From assembly GCF_000186885.1 (NCBI RefSeq), contig NC_014972.1:1920001-1952000 (forward strand): a stretch of DNA of 32,000 nt. Direction: 5' to 3'. The DNA is from Desulfobulbus propionicus DSM 2032. Its GTDB lineage: Bacteria; Desulfobacterota; Desulfobulbia; Desulfobulbales; Desulfobulbaceae. The notes beneath the pieces were generated by a model, which saw nothing but the letters and a program-made list of their open reading frames with translations, was not told where the DNA came from and searched no databases. The translations under genes and the position numbers were made by a program. The stretch's first letter is position 1; each line of letters begins with the position of its first letter. Shown piece after piece: positions 29,936 to 32,000 of the stretch.

Positions 29936-30035
29936 GGGTGTTTCCTCGTGTGTGTTCCAGTGAAAGGCAGGCTGGAACGGCGGGGCGAACGTTGCTCGAC
30001 CCGCGCCCTTCCAGCCCAATGGGAGGCAATCCGGC

Positions 30036-32000
30036 TTAGAACCGCTCGAATTCCTCGTCCAGGTGATCCGCACCGCCCGTGACACCCAGGTCGAGCTGGA
30101 TACCCGTTTCGGCCTGGGCCTGACGGACCGGTTTGCCCGGTTTTTCCACAGCTACCTTGACCGCGCCGGCGTTCTTGGGCAGGGGCGCGGGAGCGATGAA
30201 CGGCTGCTGGGCACGAACCGGCTGCACCGCTGCCGTCACCCGCCGCTGTCGGCCGGTGTCCAGGGTAAAGAAGGCGATGGTGGCCTTGAGCTGCTCGGCC
30301 TGACTGGACAGTTCCTCGGTGGTCGAGGCCATTTCCTCGGCCGCGCCCGCGTTCTGCTGAATCACCTGATCCAGCTGCTGGATGGCCTTGTTGATCTGGT
30401 CGGCGCCGGTATCCTGCTCCTTGCTCGAAGCGCTGATCTCCTGGACCAGTTCGGCAGTCTTCTGGATATCGGGCAGCATCTTGCCCAGCATCTCGCCGGC
30501 CTGCTCGGCAATAGCCACGCTGGAAGTGGACAGCTGGCTGATCTCGCCTGCCGCCGACTGGCTCCGTTCCGCCAGTTTGCGCACCTCGGAGGCCACCACC
30601 GCGAATCCCTTGCCGTGCTCGCCGGCCCGCGCCGCCTCGATGGCCGCGTTGAGGGCGAGCAGATTGGTCTGACGGGCGATCTCCTCGATGATCGAAATCT
30701 TGGTGGCGATCTGTTTCATGGCCGAGACGGTTTCGGTCACCGCCTTGCCGCCCTCGCGGGCATCGGACGCGCTCTTGACCGCGATTTTTTCCGTCTGCAT
30801 GGCGTTGTCGGTGTTCTGGCGGATGTTGGACGCCATCTGCTCCATGCTCGACGAGACCTCCTCGGCGCTGGCCGCCTGCTCGGTCGCGCCTTGCGACATC
30901 TGCTGGGCGGTAGCGGACATCTCCTGGGCGCCGGTGGCCACGTTGTCGGCCGCAGCCTGCACCTCGGTGACCACCTCTTTCAGTTTGTCCACCATGGTGG
31001 ACAGGGAGACCATCAATTCATCGTTGTCGGAACGCTTCTTCAACTCGACCATCAGGTTGCCCTGGGCGACCTGCTTGGCGTTGGCGGCGATGTTGTTGAT
31101 GGCCTCGATCAACAGGTTGAGGTTGTTCTTGATTTGATTGTACTGCCCTTTATAGACATCGGTGATCAGCGGCGGCATGTCGCCCTTGGATACCCTGTCG
31201 ACATAGTCGGCGGTGACCCGCAGGGGGTTGACGATGTTGGTGACCGTGTCGTTGACCCCGACCACCAGGGTGTTCCAGCCGCCGACAAAGAGCGAGGCAT
31301 CGGCGCGTTTGTCCAACTCGCCGTCGGCGGCCGCCTTGATCAACAGGTCGGTCTGGGCGAGCAGGTCGGTCATCATCCGCACCATGTTGTTGAGATTGTC
31401 CTTGATCTGGTTGAAATCGCCGTTGTAGTTGGCGGTGATCGCCGGCGGAATGACGCCCTTGGCAATCTGGTCGACATACTCGGCAGCCACGTTCAAGGGG
31501 GTAATCACCGCATCCAGGGTGTCGTTGACCCCAACCACGATCTTCTGAAAATCCCCCTGGTGACGGGAGACGTCGGCGCGGGTGGCGAGCCGGCCTTCCA
31601 CGGCGGCGGTGGCCAGCATGTTGGCATCGTCGACCAGGGCCTGGATGGTGGCCACCATCTTCTTCATTGCCGCCATGACGCTGGTGGTGTCGCCGCTGGC
31701 GAGCACGATATCGTGCGACAGATCGCCGACCGCCACCGTGTTGGCAATTTCCCCCACCTGTTTCGGATCGCCGCCCAGTTGGCGCAGGACAATGCGGGCA
31801 ATGAACAGACCCAGGCCAATGGCCAGCACCACTCCGACCACCGCCAGCACGGTCATGATGATATTGGCGCTCTTGGCGGTGGCGCTGTTTTCAATCGAGG
31901 TCAGATTGCCCTGCTCTATCTTTGCCTCCATGAGCTTGTCGATGATGTTCTGTTCTTCTAGGGCGGCTTTCACCACCTCCCCTTGGAGCAGGGCGGTGGC
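30036..32000 (-). CDS. Methyl-accepting chemotaxis protein with tandem HAMP-type modules (5' end outside the window)
   Basis: Conserved signalling hairpin [36 protein letters not shown] helix ([22 protein letters not shown]) followed by repeated HAMP-like units. The frame stays open upstream of the GTG at 31976 to the window edge, so the gene is N-terminally truncated by the window. Confidence 0.9.
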   Translation of the reverse strand, partial: ATALLQGEVVKAALEEQNIIDKLMEAKIEQGNLTSIENSATAKSANIIMTVLAVVGVVLAIGLGLFIARIVLRQLGGDPKQVGEIANTVAVGDLSHDIVLASGDTTSVMAAMKKMVATIQALVDDANMLATAAVEGRLATRADVSRHQGDFQKIVVGVNDTLDAVITPLNVAAEYVDQIAKGVIPPAITANYNGDFNQIKDNLNNMVRMMTDLLAQTDLLIKAAADGELDKRADASLFVGGWNTLVVGVNDTVTNIVNPLRVTADYVDRVSKGDMPPLITDVYKGQYNQIKNNLNLLIEAINNIAANAKQVAQGNLMVELKKRSDNDELMVSLSTMVDKLKEVVTEVQAAADNVATGAQEMSATAQQMSQGATEQAASAEEVSSSMEQMASNIRQNTDNAMQTEKIAVKSASDAREGGKAVTETVSAMKQIATKISIIEEIARQTNLLALNAAIEAARAGEHGKGFAVVASEVRKLAERSQSAAGEISQLSTSSVAIAEQAGEMLGKMLPDIQKTAELVQEISASSKEQDTGADQINKAIQQLDQVIQQNAGAAEEMASTTEELSSQAEQLKATIAFFTLDTGRQRRVTAAVQPVRAQQPFIAPAPLPKNAGAVKVAVEKPGKPVRQAQAETGIQLDLGVTGGADHLDEEFERF

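Noticed and set aside
29936-30035. Imperfect GC-rich hairpin (CTGGAAGGGCGCGGG...GCCCCGCCGTTCCAG on the minus strand) between the MCP and cheW, considered as a terminator or attenuator.
   Set aside because: It has several mismatches or bulges and no U-tract. The genes are more likely co-transcribed.
17191-31961. Long plus-strand ORFs opposite the signalling genes: 17191..18135, 18677..20608, 21478..22905, 23771..24727, 25052..27028, 28543..29520, 30063..31961.
   Set aside because: All are antisense to genes with clear family motifs. They have Gly/Arg/Asp/His-rich shadow composition typical of high-GC DNA, and no motifs or Shine-Dalgarno sites.

Overview
GC-rich bacterial chromosome segment. 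The gene content (many PAS kinases, a sigma54 regulator, a che cluster, a selenoprotein) suggests a Desulfuromonadales/Geobacter-like deltaproteobacterium, but that is inference only. All calls come from reading the sequence and from remembered family motifs; no searches were run.

Layout:
- 1-4.4 kb: housekeeping and redox genes (cardiolipin synthase, metallophosphoesterase, C_GCAxxG_C_C protein, an orphan ORF, a flavodoxin-like protein).
- 4491-13743: a complete 9.25-kb Tn3-family transposon. It has 38-bp terminal inverted repeats (36/38 identical), a 5-bp CTAGA target-site duplication, divergent tnpR/tnpA and a Tn3/gamma-delta-like res region.
- Transposon cargo: a tightly packed six-gene minus-strand operon (ChrB-N-like, MFS transporter, NifU/IscU-like, GGGtGRT protein, CrcB fluoride channel, DUF190), plus a prenyltransferase-repeat ORF translationally coupled to tnpR. 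This cargo is my best candidate for an undescribed mobile anion/fluoride-stress system.
- 13753-13953: a glutaredoxin-like gene with an in-frame TGA (putative selenocysteine, U-P-Y-T redox motif). It is absent from the ORF track and ends 5 bp from the transposon end.
- 14.3-32 kb: signalling. A sigma54-dependent response regulator, then a long minus-strand array: partial poly-HAMP MCP, cheW, cheR, cheD, cheB, a 5TMR-LYT hybrid kinase, a Cache/PAS sensor without a transmitter, a DUF4118-PAS kinase, a single-domain receiver and a REC-PAS-kinase-REC hybrid. Many of these junctions are ATGA/GTGA start-stop overlaps.

No rRNA, tRNA or CRISPR array was recognised.
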